The notes: generated by a model from the sequence alone, not told the origin. A stretch of 63,773 bases of DNA, filler included, from Lenisia limosa (GCA_001655205.1; 16 parts of 16 records of this genome joined end to end with filler, not necessarily neighbours in it); one strand, 5' to 3'. Counted from the whole stretch's first letter, positions 1-14,596 are shown. Translations and numbers: made by a program.

Positions 1-671
1 CCGAATACTCTGAAACTCCAAATATATAAAAACAAAAAAAACAAGCAATAACACCAGCAACCAACGCTCAAACTAGACAACAACCAGATGACAAAACAAA
101 ATCCAAAAACAGAAACAAGCCCTGCGAGGGATGATTGAAACAAAAGAAAAGCCCAATGCCAAACCTGTTAGCTCAACACTGTGTTTTTATAAAATACACA
201 AAGAAAATATCGAGATGAGAAAAGAATAATAAACAAAGGTTATATCTAGCCAAAGCCATCCATACCATCACGCTTATATGTACATACCAGTTACTATTCG
301 ATATTTTGTCAGTCATTTGGAACCTAAAGTGAAGCCCTACTATTATTTATCACTAGAACAATCCAATACGCCGAAAAAGTTGATATCTCTCCCCATGAGG
401 CTCCGAGGAGTGATGAGTAGGAGAGGTGGAGTCAATAATTACGAAAGAGAGGGAAATATAGATATCATTTGGGATAAAAATCAACTTTGTTGGCTAACAA
501 CGCACGAGGCTTAAATAAACAACAAACACAAACAGGGAGTAAGGCAAATAAAACCTGACAAAACAGAACAACAAAGTGTAGTAACAGTTTATCTTTGTTA
601 GGAATTAGTGTAGCATTCAACAACTCGAAACAAGTAGCGCCAATTTACTATTAGACTATATGTTTATGGTA

Positions 672-749
672 GAGCTTCACTTTCGGTTTCAAAAAAACAA
701 ATTCTAGAAAAATCCACGATAATTACTTTTCGAAACGAATGTGAGTCTC
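672..749. mobile_element. MITE family A, degenerate (a shorter relic lies at about 9667-9716)
   Basis: GAGCTTCACTTTCGGTTTCAAAAAAAC...TTTTCGAAACGAA. Confidence 0.6.
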
Positions 750-921
750 AAGGAGTTATTGATATTGTATATAAAATAAGGGATATCTCATCGGTGTGGT
801 TCAAACGTAGGACAAGACCTCGCAGTGCCATCTTACGTAAAGCATGATCTCTGCATTGCCGCTCAGTTCCGGGGAATCAACAACAACAATCTAAAGAAGT
901 AAGCATCGTCTGATGCGTTGT

Positions 922-1876
922 TTATTGACCAGATAAAGACGAATAACATATTATAAGAAAACTAGGTAGTTTCTGGTTGACGCCGTCCACCCCATCAGAA
1001 ATCATATTACGAAAAGTGAGCAGCAAGTAGAAATAAATAGATAACAAAAGCAAAAGGGCTACAAGAAGAAGAAAAAAAGTGATAACAGCAGCCCTCAAAA
1101 CCACGGGGCTACATGTAGGAAGAATTAATTTTAAGATCGCAAGCTAACATGCAACAACAATCCACTGGGAAAAAAAAGGGGGTCTTCCACAAATCACGAT
1201 AAAAAGGTTTCCAAATTGCATTATCAAAGAAATAATTGTCAATATGCCATTTTCCAGAGAAAATACATACAGTATACATTGGGAACCAAAAAGAGAAATA
1301 GACCGCCAAAATGTGAAGCAGGTGAAACTTGATCCATCAGAAGCAAAAGCAAAGGACAACAAAGACGATCTTCAATTATTGGCAGTTATATGCAATAAAT
1401 ATCGGGTTATCTCATCTCATCGGTGCGAGTCGATGTTGACAGAAGAAGGCGGAAAGGAGCTATTGGCGAAAGAGAGAGGTAAGAAGATTGTATGCGTTAT
1501 TGTCGCCAATATATCATCAAATTGTTCATTCATGTTCTGAAATTCGCCCAATAACGCGGAAGAGCCGCAGAGAAAGGCGGAATTCACCCACCTGGTTGTT
1601 GCTGAAGACGTGTAGTAACCAGCCGCCGGCAGAATTTGACTGTAAACAGGCTCCGTCAGTCTCTAGAAGGGACGCACAGTCTATGTGATGAGAGAGGAAT
1701 GAATCAGAGCAAGGGTCTTTAATCCGCACGACAAATAATCCCGTTAATATTATGTGCAACACATTTATAGAGATGAAACCAGAAAAATACAAGCCGGGTT
1801 CGCTTCCGAAACTAACAAATAAAAATACCGAATACCTTTTGAAATAACACGTCCTAATAACAGCAGTGCCGTCCAA
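922..1876 (-). CDS. Possible multi-exon membrane protein, unidentified
   Basis: Several hydrophobic minus-strand ORF segments (e.g. ITFFLLLVALLLLLSIYFYLLL). No family motif recognised. Confidence 0.25.
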
Positions 1877-2513
1877 ATCACTAGCAGAAGCGTGATCGAT
1901 GTCCTCATTGCTCTTTCTACGAGATTGTTTGACTAAATCATCTTCGCTTGAAAGGAAACTATATTTTTGGGTGCACTTATATACGTGTTTGTATCAAGTA
2001 ACTTTGTAGCAATAATGCTTTAGCTTGTTTTGAGCTTGTTAGTTTCAATATTTCAATATCCCTTTTATGTCGGACCCGGGTTTATATGTATAATTTCCGC
2101 TGAAGCGTCATGGATTGCATGGGGTGTATATAGGTCTTCCTTAAATTAAACCTTTGATGGATTATATTAGGTGGTTTACTACTGTAGCAAACCAGACTAA
2201 TTAGAAGAGACCACTGAAAGACGACAAAACGCTTTGTATGGAATAATCCTTCCCGAAACCTACGTTTCCAGCTTCCTGATATGAAGTGTTTCCTTTCTTC
2301 CATGAGATGAGGACATTAACTTGGAGATAGCATTTGTTAATATAAGAAAATCCAGTTTAGAACTATGGATCAAAGAGAGCGCTCACTTTCCTTGATCTCC
2401 CCTCGCCACTTCCCACAGCTTCCCTTTGTTCAGCATGTAAGCATGAATAACATTGCGATTTCGGCAACAACTATGTCAGTTTCCTAATACATCCACAGCA
2501 CCCCGCCCCTCAG

Positions 2514-3493
2514 ATTGAAGAAGAAGACGAGGCTAAAGAAGTGGAATTGAGAAGAACAAACCAGGTGAGAGGAAGTAAGAAGCGTTGGCGGGAAGAGATA
2601 TCTCTTATTTGTATTTTGCTGAATGAATCACATGAAGTTCTTGGTTTATATCATACACACTAACACTGATTGTGTTAAGTCTTGAGTAAATATAAACACC
2701 TGATCGCAAATTTTTGTCGACTGTTGTAAACAAAGAACTAAAATTTTCAAAATCTGAAATAATAATGAGTGTATCGATAAAACCGCCACTTGCAATTATT
2801 GGACTTGTGAGCCATATTGAAATGGGAGCTGCATTTCAGAAAATTTTAATTTCAAATCTAATGAATTGCACTTAGTCTTTCTACCTCTTTTTACTTCAAC
2901 ATAAAAGTGTACAATATTCACATATAATCACTCTCTCTTATAAACGTAATGGTAGGGATGGCTTTGGCCAGATTTTCGGACGACATGATTGCCTAAGATG
3001 TGTAATCATAGTACCCAAAAGTCGCCATAAGTGGATATGGGTCCATCTGATCAATATTACAACTTAAGCATGCAGAAATATGCGGGAGAATTATATCTAA
3101 TATCTCTTATTGGCGTTATGGTGAGACGGCTTTGGTGATACAACCTTGTTTAATTTTTACTATCTCTACCAAACTATACAATCATACTAGATGATATATT
3201 CACTAACCGGGATAAGCCTTGACCGTTTGCTTTGTGATTTCTTAAGGAAAATCGGTCAAAACTCATCCCAGACAGAACTAAATGTGGAAATTGAGTCAAT
3301 CATGTATTTCATACGTGGAATGTTTTTGTAATAACAACCAAGGCGGTACCATTTTACATATTACAACCTATTTTAAATAGCAATATATTATTTCCATTTC
3401 AATATAATTATTAATAACAACTCATTCAAATAATTTGTTTTTTGTTTTACTAACAACTCAGGTGGTGCCATTTCAGCCGAAGAACTGGGAAGT
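2514..3493 (+). CDS. Fragmentary gene with a possible EF-hand exon
   Basis: cag|GTGGTGCCATTTCAGCCGAAGAACTGGGAAGTG reads GGAISAEELGSV, resembling an EF-hand loop and exit helix. An acidic exon IEEEDEAKEVELRRTNQ|gtgag lies at about 2514-2564. Confidence 0.35.
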
Positions 3494-3724
3494 GGTGTTG
3501 TGAGCGGGGATAAAAGGGGATTGAACATATAGTATTATAGCAAGTATATATCAGGCTATATACTACTAACACAACTTTCAACTGTACCCCTCCCCTCCAG
3601 TCACATAACTATCTCCATTTCACTCCAATTGTACACCCTATAGTTGTTTTAGGCTTTTTTGTGTGTTGTCAGCCAACAGAGTTAATTTAGGTTTTTTTTT
3701 TTCATAAATTGTTCAATTTTACTC

Positions 3725-3824
3725 NNNNNNNNNNNNNNNNNNNNNNNNNNNNNNNNNNNNNNNNNNNNTTAATTAATTAANNNNNNNNNNNNNNNNNNNN
3801 NNNNNNNNNNNNNNNNNNNNNNNN
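3725..3824. other. Artificial scaffold linker N44-TTAATTAATTAA-N44 (first of 15)
   Basis: The same 100-bp spacer, with stops in all six frames, occurs at 3725, 6879, 18994, 20826, 22590, 34405, 36224, 42477, 43623, 44991, 55407, 57464, 58938, 60778 and 62314. It defines 16 independent scaffolds. Confidence 0.98.
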
Positions 3825-3826
3825 TC

Positions 3827-4500
3827 ATGGAGTTGATTTGGGCTTCTTTCCCCCCCTCAATTTCCCCCCTCCCCTCCAGTACGGAGACCGCAGTTATGCC
3901 TACGTTTATCCTGTTTGCTATCATGTTGTGTGCCTTGCCCATTGGAGGCTTCTTTGCCTGCTTCCACGGTCTTCAGCGTACGCGGGGCCCAAGCTGGCTA
4001 AACGTGATAAAAACTGCTACGGATATGACCGAAAAGGCATGATACGTTTTCAAGCAACCTTATCTTAGTCACTATGGGAACACAGGGCCGGGAGATGTCA
4101 GAATAATATTAGATTTGGGAAGAGATGTAAGGGAATATGATTCTGCGTTAGCTTGTTTATTTGCCTATCAGCTTGAGAAATTCACTGCTTAGAGCTGGAT
4201 TACTCCAAGCAAACCGCTATGACGTTCGGGATGATTACAAGGTGGGAATATACTCCGTTTCAAGGGGAGGGGTGAAAGTGCTATACTTTTCAATGGGGGC
4301 TATACTCTGTATACTTGGTTATATTTATCATGCTGTAGGCTATTTTGGTAGTGTTTAGGCCAGATGCTCTCTTTATTATTTCTCACATCTGCTTTTGATC
4401 TAATGATCAGTGTGGTGGCCATCAACGGCATTCTTGCAGCCTATGTTATTTACGCCTTCAAATCCCAGCCAAAGAGCGCCGTGGTGGGGATGGGATACCT
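3827..4500 (+). CDS. Multi-exon membrane protein, unidentified
   Basis: Hydrophobic exons (PTFILFAIMLCALPIGGFFACF; ISVVAINGILAAYVIYAF) with GT/AG boundaries. Confidence 0.4.
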
Positions 4501-5415
4501 GGGAAATGAGTTTTTTTTGTTTTTTTGTTACTTCTTTGAATATTCTTCTCACTTGTTATCCTATCTACACATGTAACCTCAGTTTACTAACAGTTATTAA
4601 TCACTGTAGAAAAAGTCCGGAGACTTCCACAAAATTGCCCTTGATCAGAAGACCACTGGTAGGGTGGTCAGCTCTATCTCGATACACCTTGCTCATATAA
4701 TATATCATTTATTTTTATAGTATAGTATATCATATCATATGATATTTTATATGACATGATATTAAATTTCCTCAGAGGAAAAAAGTTGGTTATACAGTGG
4801 CTACAATTATCATGTCAGTTTCTGTTATTAATAAAAACCGAACGGAAGGGGCTGAAAGGGCTAATACGGTATAGATGAGCCAGCCCCCTTGGTTCAGTCC
4901 CCCTCAGAACCCTCCAAGCCGAAAAAGAGCAAAAGCAAGAAGAAGGACTAAACACACCGAGAGTTATTTTGTGTTGTAGTAGAAATGTGAGGTTCCCCAT
5001 GTTGTATGATTTATTAAATTGTTATTTTGGTGGTTAATTCATTGTAACGTAAGAGTTATGAACTTAGTTTTTAGAGATCAGCTCTCCATTACAGCGCCCC
5101 TTTCATACCATAATAATAGACCAGGGAAATCAACTTTACCCGCACATCAGGTTTCGGGTCTTTTTTTTTGTACCAAGAAGGAAATACTGGCAATTAAATT
5201 TGTGAACATTATTGATATCATTAGAAAGAGGGTTCTGGAATAGGGTTCTGGTGACAGTATGCCCACTTCAAATTGTCAAAATGTTTTCAAATAATTGCAT
5301 GGAGCCCTAATTACAATTAATATAAGTATCGAATGTTATTATCATCAATCGTCGAGCTCCCACCATCCCTTCTGCCAAAACTTAGTGAGAAAAAAGCGTG
5401 TATTGAAAAGAAAGT

Positions 5416-6878
<1,463 letters not shown>

Positions 6879-9277
6879 NNNNNNNNNNNNNNNNNNNNNN
6901 NNNNNNNNNNNNNNNNNNNNNNTTAATTAATTAANNNNNNNNNNNNNNNNNNNNNNNNNNNNNNNNNNNNNNNNNNNNATTAAATATGGAAAATTGATGA
7001 AACAAACAAAAAAAAAACAACGAATCAACTCTGTTTATATATTTTAACAACATGCGCTTTGAGATCCCAGGCATATTTCAGAATTATCCAACAGGGAGTA
7101 GAAATAAGGCAGAGATGAAAGGCGGGAAGGGGGGAGTGGGGTGGCCCTTGGCAGCGTAAGGAGGGCTCAGTTCTCTCAGATTTACCATAACGGTTATATA
7201 GAAGGTCATGGTCTCCATAATCACATTTTTATAAAGGATTAGTAAACAATCAGAAAAACTTTTCCCAAAAATTACAGTATTTTTCCATAAGAAAACCCCA
7301 TTTTCCCCCCCTGGAGTTGTTTTCTAGGAGTTTTCTGGCCGGAAAACCCGAGTTTGCGCTAACACTGAGTAGTTCTGTGAAGAGAACACTCGTTCGCTCC
7401 TTGTAAAAAAAATAATCAGAAAACCACTACCAGGAAAAAAAAACTCGCGGTTTTCTGAGGAATAAATCGCACTCACGCCAATAGAAGAGATCAACAATAA
7501 AAAATCTGCCTATCATCGGACACGTCCTTGCGACTTTCCGACGTATCTTGTTTATTTATCCTTAAAAACAACATAACTACTCTCAGCACCACCAACCTCC
7601 GCTCTCATGGCCTGCTCCCGAGTTGGGGGAGTAGAACCGCCAAATTCGTACCACCTGTGAGGTAATCGCGAGAAAGGCCAAGGTTTGCCTATTGGTTACC
7701 ACTATTCCCACTTACATGTCGAACTCCCTTGAGAGAACAGCTAGGGGTATTAAGGGCGTTCAAATGCGGCGGATCAGCATCAATGACACAATAGGAGCTT
7801 TGGGAATTTCCCATAACTGAGTTTGATTACGCAATTAAGTCATAATGCGACGCTGTTTTATCTATTCGTTGGTTTTTCACCCAAAGGCAACCTTACAAAA
7901 CCATTTTGAAGAAAAACTATCTTACTGATTTCAAACAACTACTTGTTATACTACGTATCCTACTTGTAGAACCTTGTTTTTCATGCTTGCAGAAGTGTAT
8001 ATTTTCATTTAAATAATGTATAATGTGGGGTATACGCATTTAAGTAAACAATTTTGTTTGGAAATTACACTGGGAGGTGAGAAGTATAAAAATAAAACTT
8101 ATGAATTATAAATAAATTAGCTAAAAGGTAAACANNNNNNNNNNNNNNNNNNNNNNNNNNNNNNNNNNNNNNNNNNNNNNNNNNNNNNNNNNNNNNNNNN
8201 NNNNNNNNNNNNNNNNNNNNNNNNNNNNNNNNNNNNNNNNNNNNNNNNNNNNNCATCTCATCTTTTTGTTTATATTTTGCCTCTTATTTGCTGATATTCC
8301 TGAAAACTCTATATTTAAAGCCTCGTTGAGTCTCTTGGAAAGGGCCATGGAATTGGAAGGCAGGACAGTGTTCGAAACTCAATTCGGGAACTGAACTAAA
8401 GTCCATTGTAGAATCTTTTTCGTTTCATCTGAATCAGCAACACTTAGCTTAGGAACGGGCAGAGGCAGCTTCTTTAACACGTTGAGCATGGTCAACAAGA
8501 AGGTCAAATTTACAACACAAGGCACAAAAGGGAGAAGCTCACCCTCGAGGGTGATGAGGGGGACACCTGTTGACGCTGGAAGTTATTTTGTTTAGAAACT
8601 TCTGAAGAGAATAGAAGTGCGAGCCACAAATTTGGTAGAAAGTTATACTAATTGGGGGAGCAAAGCTCAACCCCTACCAAAGCATAACATATCCACCATA
8701 CCTATCTATCCTAACGTCAATAATTGAAAACAAAACTCTACGCCCGAATGTGACTCTTCGTTGTCCTGAATAAGAAAGAAACAACAACAACAAAATTTTA
8801 CATCATTCTCCAGAGGGGGAACGGGAGTTTCCAAACAAGCCAAAATTGGGCTCTAGCCGGAAACGAATACTCCATGCTCGTAAATGGTTAGTAAAAAAAA
8901 GAGCATCTGGCCAAAGCCGTCCAGACAATTAGATCTAGAGATGAGAATTAAAACAATCTGGCAAAAAAAATCGACAGATATAATATATCGATATAATGAG
9001 AAAAAAAAAAAGCGGGGGGGGGGTANNNNNNNNNNNNNNNNNNNNNNNNNNNNNNNNNNNNNNNNNNNNNNNNNNNNNNNNNNNNNNNNNNNNNNNNNNN
9101 NNNTAGCCCATTCACTGTTCTAGATTCCATCTTCTCTTTTGCCTTTTCATGGCACTTGGCTTCGTATCAATTGAAGGGTGAGGGGGTATCCGGTTCTGAT
9201 TATGCATTATTTATCAATTGTGCCCTTTTTAAAAAAAATAAAAAAATAATTTCATTTTTTACTCACCACCCCCCGCA

Positions 9278-12200
9278 GCTTAAGCGTCAATCAAGAAGGG
9301 CTCTATTCAAACTTTGAAGTTACTAACGCCACTTCCGGCCAGGAAGCAGTACCTTATGTATGCATGGCACTGCTGTGGGATCTGATAGAGATGAGGAATA
9401 TAACAAGGCCTGGCCGAAGCCGTCCACATCAGCGTGTAAAAGCTATTGGATTAGAGTAAAATATTAATTCACCCAATCATCTGCCTCACAACTCTGTCCA
9501 TACCGCTTTTGATTATAAATAGCAAAGAGAAATAAAAAAATAAAAAAACAAGATTGTTTGTGATTAAGTACGACTCCATGCAATTAACGTACTGTATAAA
9601 TTAATTGATAAAAATAGAAATTACAGCTTCTAATTCCATAAACAGCTTTCTATGTGGATAACTTTGAGAGTTCCACTTTCGGTTCCGAAAAAAGAGTGAA
9701 CTCTCGAACCGAAAATGACAGTCTGGGTACTATCACAGAATATATTTTTGCTAATTTCTGTTCTTTACGACCCAGTCCATGTACGCCGCGCTGGAGAAAC
9801 GAATTCAGTACCTGGAGGTCGGAGGGGGAGTAAGGTGGTGGGATATATTTAAATGTTCAAAAAGGAGGATCATTTGAAAACGATCACCCCATGTTTTAAT
9901 CCCCATAGTCCCTCAACCTCTGTCCTGCCAAACACCCTCGTGCTAAGGAAGAGGACTGTGTATCCGTTGATGGACGCTATTTGTCTTGTCAAGTCGAAAT
10001 GTCCAATGGAATGTTCTTCCCCAAAAGCTCAGCCACTATGGTGAGCGTTGTTATTTTAGCGCATATCATATACTAAATAATATAGATAAGATCAAGATGC
10101 ATACTTTCAATTTTCTCTGATACATTCCTGACTCTTTAGTATGAGGTCATTTGCTCTAAAGGCGAATGGGCGGTGACAGCAGGTTACGGTACGCTCTCTT
10201 ATCTAGGGCTTTGGGTTCGAAAAATATCGGTAAAATATCGGTAGTTTTCGAGGATATATCGAGAAATTTAGTCTTTTTTTGAACCGAAGTGAAGCCCTAC
10301 TCTTATCCCCTTGGGTCTTGTTTTTTCAGGGTGTTGCTATTTATTTATACAATGATAAGTTAACTCAAATATGATTTTGGCTCATCTTTTACACGTTGTC
10401 ATTAGTTTTGCATTTGTTGATAAAAATTTTTTTTTTTGGTGAATGTTTGTGCGTTATTGAAAGAAATTACACCATTTCTCCTTTTTTTACATCACAAAAG
10501 TTTTCTCCAATTTTCTTTTTTCGATATTTTCTCACACTCTATGCAGTTATTTTTTTAAGAAATTGAAATGGTTTTTAGTCCTTCAAATCTATTACACAGT
10601 CTTAATATTTCCCAAATTAAAGATTATCTATGACACCGTGCAATTAATTTTTGGAAGAAATTATTGTCAAAGTAAAGTGTCCATGACAATAGGATTGTGC
10701 AATTAAAATTTTTTTCACGGAGCCCTAAGATTAACCAATTAGGCTTTGGATCGTCTTGTAGACAAGTTGCCGAAGCCGGGGGGATTGCAGGGGTTTATAG
10801 CTTCAATATTACAGGCGGTTGGGGGTGGTCTCTTTGTAGCTTTTTTGATATTTGCTTAATTGCTCTTTGATTTAGTGTCTATTTTTTCCTTAGTGCTATG
10901 AGGAGTTTTGCTTTGTTATTCATAAAGCTGTTCTTAATATTATGTGAAGATTATTACTGATCATATTTTTGATATTTGTAGTATAATTGATATTTTGTGA
11001 TATATACTATATGTACGTGTAGAGCTATTTTTGACACGTGTAGAGTTATTCGATTTTGAGTGTTTCGAAAGCGACAGCGAGATGTGGACCCGGGTGGTGT
11101 CTGGGGACATTTCGTTCTTCACCTCGAACCTGGGGTGTACCGTCCCCTCCTCTTCCTCCTCGGGTGAGTTAAAAGGGGGTGGGGCTTATGTTTATTTTTG
11201 AAATAAATAGTAAATACCTGGCTTTTTCGTATAAAATAGGAAAATATTACTCCCATTTCTTGTTGATTTTTTTTTGGTTGGAGTTTCAGAATATTCGGTT
11301 AGTGATTTCTACTTTTACGCTTTGTTTGTTTTGTTGTTGTCAACCCTCGTATGTTGTTAGCCAACAGAGTTGATTCTGGGCTCCCCCNNNNNNNNNNNNN
11401 NNNNNNNNNNNNNNNNNNNNNNNNNNNNNNNNNNNNNNNNNNNNNNNNNNNNNNNNNNNNNTTCCCATAGCTACGGGTCCTCCTCAAGCAATCACTGCGG
11501 ATGTGCAGTGACCTCAAAGCACCCTGTTAATATCTCGAGTGGGGAGGGGTTGTATGACAGCAAAATCATAGGATCTGTTGTAGTAAGACAATACTCTATT
11601 TGCAAAGCACCCTGGTAGCCATCATATGGTACCTATCACATGAATATTTGTATAGCTATATCGGATATGTATGATGGTGGACAGTTTCGGCCAGATACTC
11701 CCTTGTTATCATCTAAACATATAACTCGATCAGAGTTTAAGGCCCTCTATACCGGAACCACCAACACCTGCGGTGGCGTATCCTTCCCAAGCGCCTCGAT
11801 GATCGGCTTCGATTATCCTGCAACTCAATTTGTCACGACATATGATGTATGGTTTTGTGTTCGTTTTCTCAAGATATCAGATTGATGCCGTTTCGAATTC
11901 TATTGGGTCAGCCACATTTATTCTTTTACACCATTTCACCCATTTCCAGAGCTATGCTTTCTCCTGTGGCACTGAAGACTGTAACCGTTTCTTCGCAACT
12001 TCCACTGGGGCAGTTTCTGTTCATGACTATGGAGCCCCTAGCGATCACTATATTGGCGTTGCGTGAGGGGTGTTATTGATATTTGCCTTGGGAAAAAAAA
12101 AGGGGGGGGTACACTAGGGCTTCACTTCGGTTCGAAAAAGACCGGTAAAATATCGACAGTTTTCGAGGATTTATTGAGAAAATCAGTCTTTATTTTTAAA

Positions 12201-13860
12201 CCGAAGTGAAGCCCTTGGTGCAATTTTCTAATTCAAAATTAAGATGAATCAAAACGTTGTCTTCATATCCAGTAAACAAATGTATCAACAATTTAGTTCC
12301 CAAAAATTTTAAATCTCTTATTTCCAAGTCTAGCTTTTAGTATCGCCATTTTCCATTTTTCTTTGCTTTTCTTAAAATGTATCTAACCCCAAAGGATGCG
12401 CGGCTACAGCTCGTGTGTCTATTCAACACCTATCACGTTTTCGTGGTTCTGACCTGACCTCTTTTTGTTAGACTACTATTTAAGAATACATTTATCTTCT
12501 GTATGGTAACACTTCACTCTAATTGGTGGTGAAGATAAGTCCGAGCCGACTGCTTGTGAAGGGACTTGTTACTGATCACTTCTTGTCAATATTTAGCTGC
12601 GGCGGGGGGGGGGGGGNNNNNNNNNNNNNNNNNNNNNNNNNNNNNNNNNNNNNNNNNNNNNNNNNNNNNNNNNNNNNNNNNNNNNNNNNNNNNNNNNNNN
12701 NNNNNNNNNNNNNNNNNNNNNNNNNNNNNNNNNNNNNNNNNNNNNNNNNNNNNNNNNNNNNNNNNNNNNNNNNNNNNNNNNNNNNNNNNNNNNNNNNNNN
12801 NNNNNNNNNNCATCAAGCATCCGCTGCTGGACATTTAGGAGGTCTTGTTGTGCCTCTACCCCCGCAAGAAGCGTGTAGTGGTACGATATCAGCTCCTGCG
12901 TTCTATACGTGTGATAGGATAGGTCTGTGATAGGGTAGGTCTGTGATAGGTCTGTGATAGGTCTGTGATAAGTCTGTGATAGGATAGGTCTGTAACGATA
13001 GGTCTGTGATGCCTGTGAGTTGTGAAATCACGCACCATTCCATATGCTATACTATGTAATTAATTACATATAGCATCAAATTATAGAATATGTTGTAAAA
13101 ACAATGATCGATCGAAGAGTGGTAAAGAAAAGTCCCGAAATGCAAACCGGAGTGGTGTATTGGAGTCCTGGAAGATATTTTCGCTTGCCTGGGTCAAACT
13201 CTCAGCAACTCTCGCCTAAATGATCATGCTCATATCTAGTACTTCCCAACGATAAGAAAAAGTCCGGAAAATATCAAAATTTATCGAGAAATTCTCGAGA
13301 AATGCGTTTTTGGTACCATTCATTTTAGATCATTGTCACAAGACAATAAATATGGTGTCATTTGGGCTTCTCTACGGTCCGAAAAAGACCGGTGACTACT
13401 TTTCAAGGATTTATTGGAAATAAAACCCATTGCAGACACGTTAAGTTCAAGCTTCTCAAAAAATATAATTGTACCGAGCGAAATCTCCCCTCTCCATAAT
13501 TACTAGCAGTGCAATTAATTGTTTGAGGAAATTACTAATAAATTTGAAATGAAAGTGTCTGAAATGGGATTCTCGTTACAATATGTCCGACTTCAAATTT
13601 TGAAATAAATTCTTCAATTGATTGCACTGAGTGCTAATAATTACCCCACCACCAGTTTACGTCAATATTCATCGAAATTTTCTTTGTTTACTCCCTCAAG
13701 ACATTGACTTGTTCACTTTCATGAATATCATATACTGCTGAGCCAACAGAGTTGATTTTATGAATTTGTTTCAACAATTTTCTATTTTACCCCCCACCCC
13801 TGCAGCCTGGTTATCAGCCTCCTGACGAAGTCTTTCGCGTTTCTGGTCTCTCTTCTAGAG
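9278..13860 (+). CDS. Multi-exon gene, probably a secreted or surface protein, unidentified
   Basis: Short AG/GT-bounded exons separated by repeat-filled introns (SMYAALEKRIQYLE; EEDCVSVDGRYLSCQVEMSNG; LYTGTTNTCGGVSFPSASMIGFDYPATQF; SYAFSCGTEDCNRFFATSTG). May be more than one gene. Confidence 0.4.
9393..9510 (-). repeat. Family B copy (partial minus copies also at about 225-277 and 8894-8965)
   Basis: The reverse complement matches the family B core TGGCCGAAGCCGTCCACATCAGCG...AATTCACCCAATCAT. Confidence 0.85.
10206..10297. mobile_element. MITE family A
   Basis: TA|GGGCT..GGTTCGAAAAA...GAACCGAAGTGAAGCCC|TA. Confidence 0.88.
11270..11388 (+). repeat. Family E+C copy (other family members at 1-110 minus, 3660-3724 plus, 6985-7035 minus, 19355-19440 plus)
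   Basis: TTGGAGTTTCAGAATATTCGG...GTCAACCCTCGTATGTTGTTAGCCAACAGAGTTGATTCTGGGCTCCCCC. Confidence 0.8.
12117..12214. mobile_element. MITE family A
   Basis: GGGCTTCACTTCGGTTCGAAAAAGACCGG...AAACCGAAGTGAAGCCC. Confidence 0.9.
12910..13011. repeat. Minisatellite with an ~11-bp unit, (TGATAGGTCTG)n
   Basis: About eight imperfect copies visible. Confidence 0.9.
13364..13420. mobile_element. MITE family A, subtype B, left half
   Basis: GGGCTTCTCTACGGTCCGAAAAAGACCGG. Confidence 0.75.
13735..13805 (+). repeat. Family C copy ending at a splice acceptor
   Basis: AGCCAACAGAGTTGATTTT...TTTTACCCCCCACCCCTGCAG|. Confidence 0.8.
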
Positions 13861-13937
13861 GGGTTAAAATATTGCGATTTAATTCAATGCGTGAATACGA
13901 GAAAGAAAGAGGTGGCATTCAGAGGGGTTTGCCTTAA

Positions 13938-14083
13938 AGCAGGCCGCTAAACCAGATTCATTACGTAATCGTAACCGAGTCCCAAACCCATAAATTTTGG
14001 TCAAAAGTAGTCAAAAGTGCTACCTCCAAATCCACAAAAAAATCCTTACACTCCGAGGTTTTATTCTGGTTTAGCGGCCTGCT
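13938..14083. mobile_element. TTAA-flanked TIR element with a 19-bp perfect TIR, Kolobok/piggyBac-like MITE
   Basis: TTAA|AGCAGGCCGCTAAACCAGA ... TCTGGTTTAGCGGCCTGCT|TTAA. Confidence 0.75.
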
Positions 14084-14106
14084 TTAACGATTACAAGGCC
14101 ATATTT

Positions 14107-14186
14107 AGCTTCACTCCGATCCGAAAAAGAACGGTAAATTATCGATATATTTATAGGATTTTTCGAGTTGGACCGAAGTGAAGCCC
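14107..14186. mobile_element. MITE family A
   Basis: GCTTCACTCCGATCCGAAAAAG...GGACCGAAGTGAAGCCC. Confidence 0.85.
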
Positions 14187-14328
14187 TCGTGTCATATAAT
14201 TTTCCCTGAATACCCAAAAAAGATATATTAATTGAGTTTTTTTGGATATTCTAGGATATAACTTCAGTACTCAAATTAATCTCATTAAACATTTGAGCAA
14301 AACACAGACTTCAAAGAGGTACTAATTA

Positions 14329-14458
14329 GGGCTCCGTGTAATTAAATGAAAACTATTTGCACAATTTGATGTCGGACATAGTGTAACCAGAACCTTCAGA
14401 CACTTTGATTTCGAAATTTGTTAATTAATTTCTTCACAAATTTAATTGTACGGAGCCC
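14329..14458. mobile_element. MITE family G (GGGCTCCGTG termini); relatives at about 10632-10725, 13506-13629 and 59049-59152
   Basis: TA|GGGCTCCGTGTAATTAA...TTTAATTGTACGGAGCCC. The shared internal TTTGAAGTCGGACATA occurs in several copies. Confidence 0.8.
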
Positions 14459-14596
14459 AAGTACTAATATATGGTAATCCATTGATTTATTCATATTTAG
14501 TTCAATGTCTCGCAACTAAAATATTATTTGTGTCCGCCTCCAAACCTTTTTGATGTTATGCATTCTCCTTCGGTTCAACTTGCGATCATGTGTAGC

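Noticed and set aside
3769-3780. TTAATTAATTAA recurring 15 times, and ORFs ending in LIN*
   Set aside because: It is an artificial six-frame-stop linker embedded in Ns, not biological. It also voids any synteny argument across linkers.
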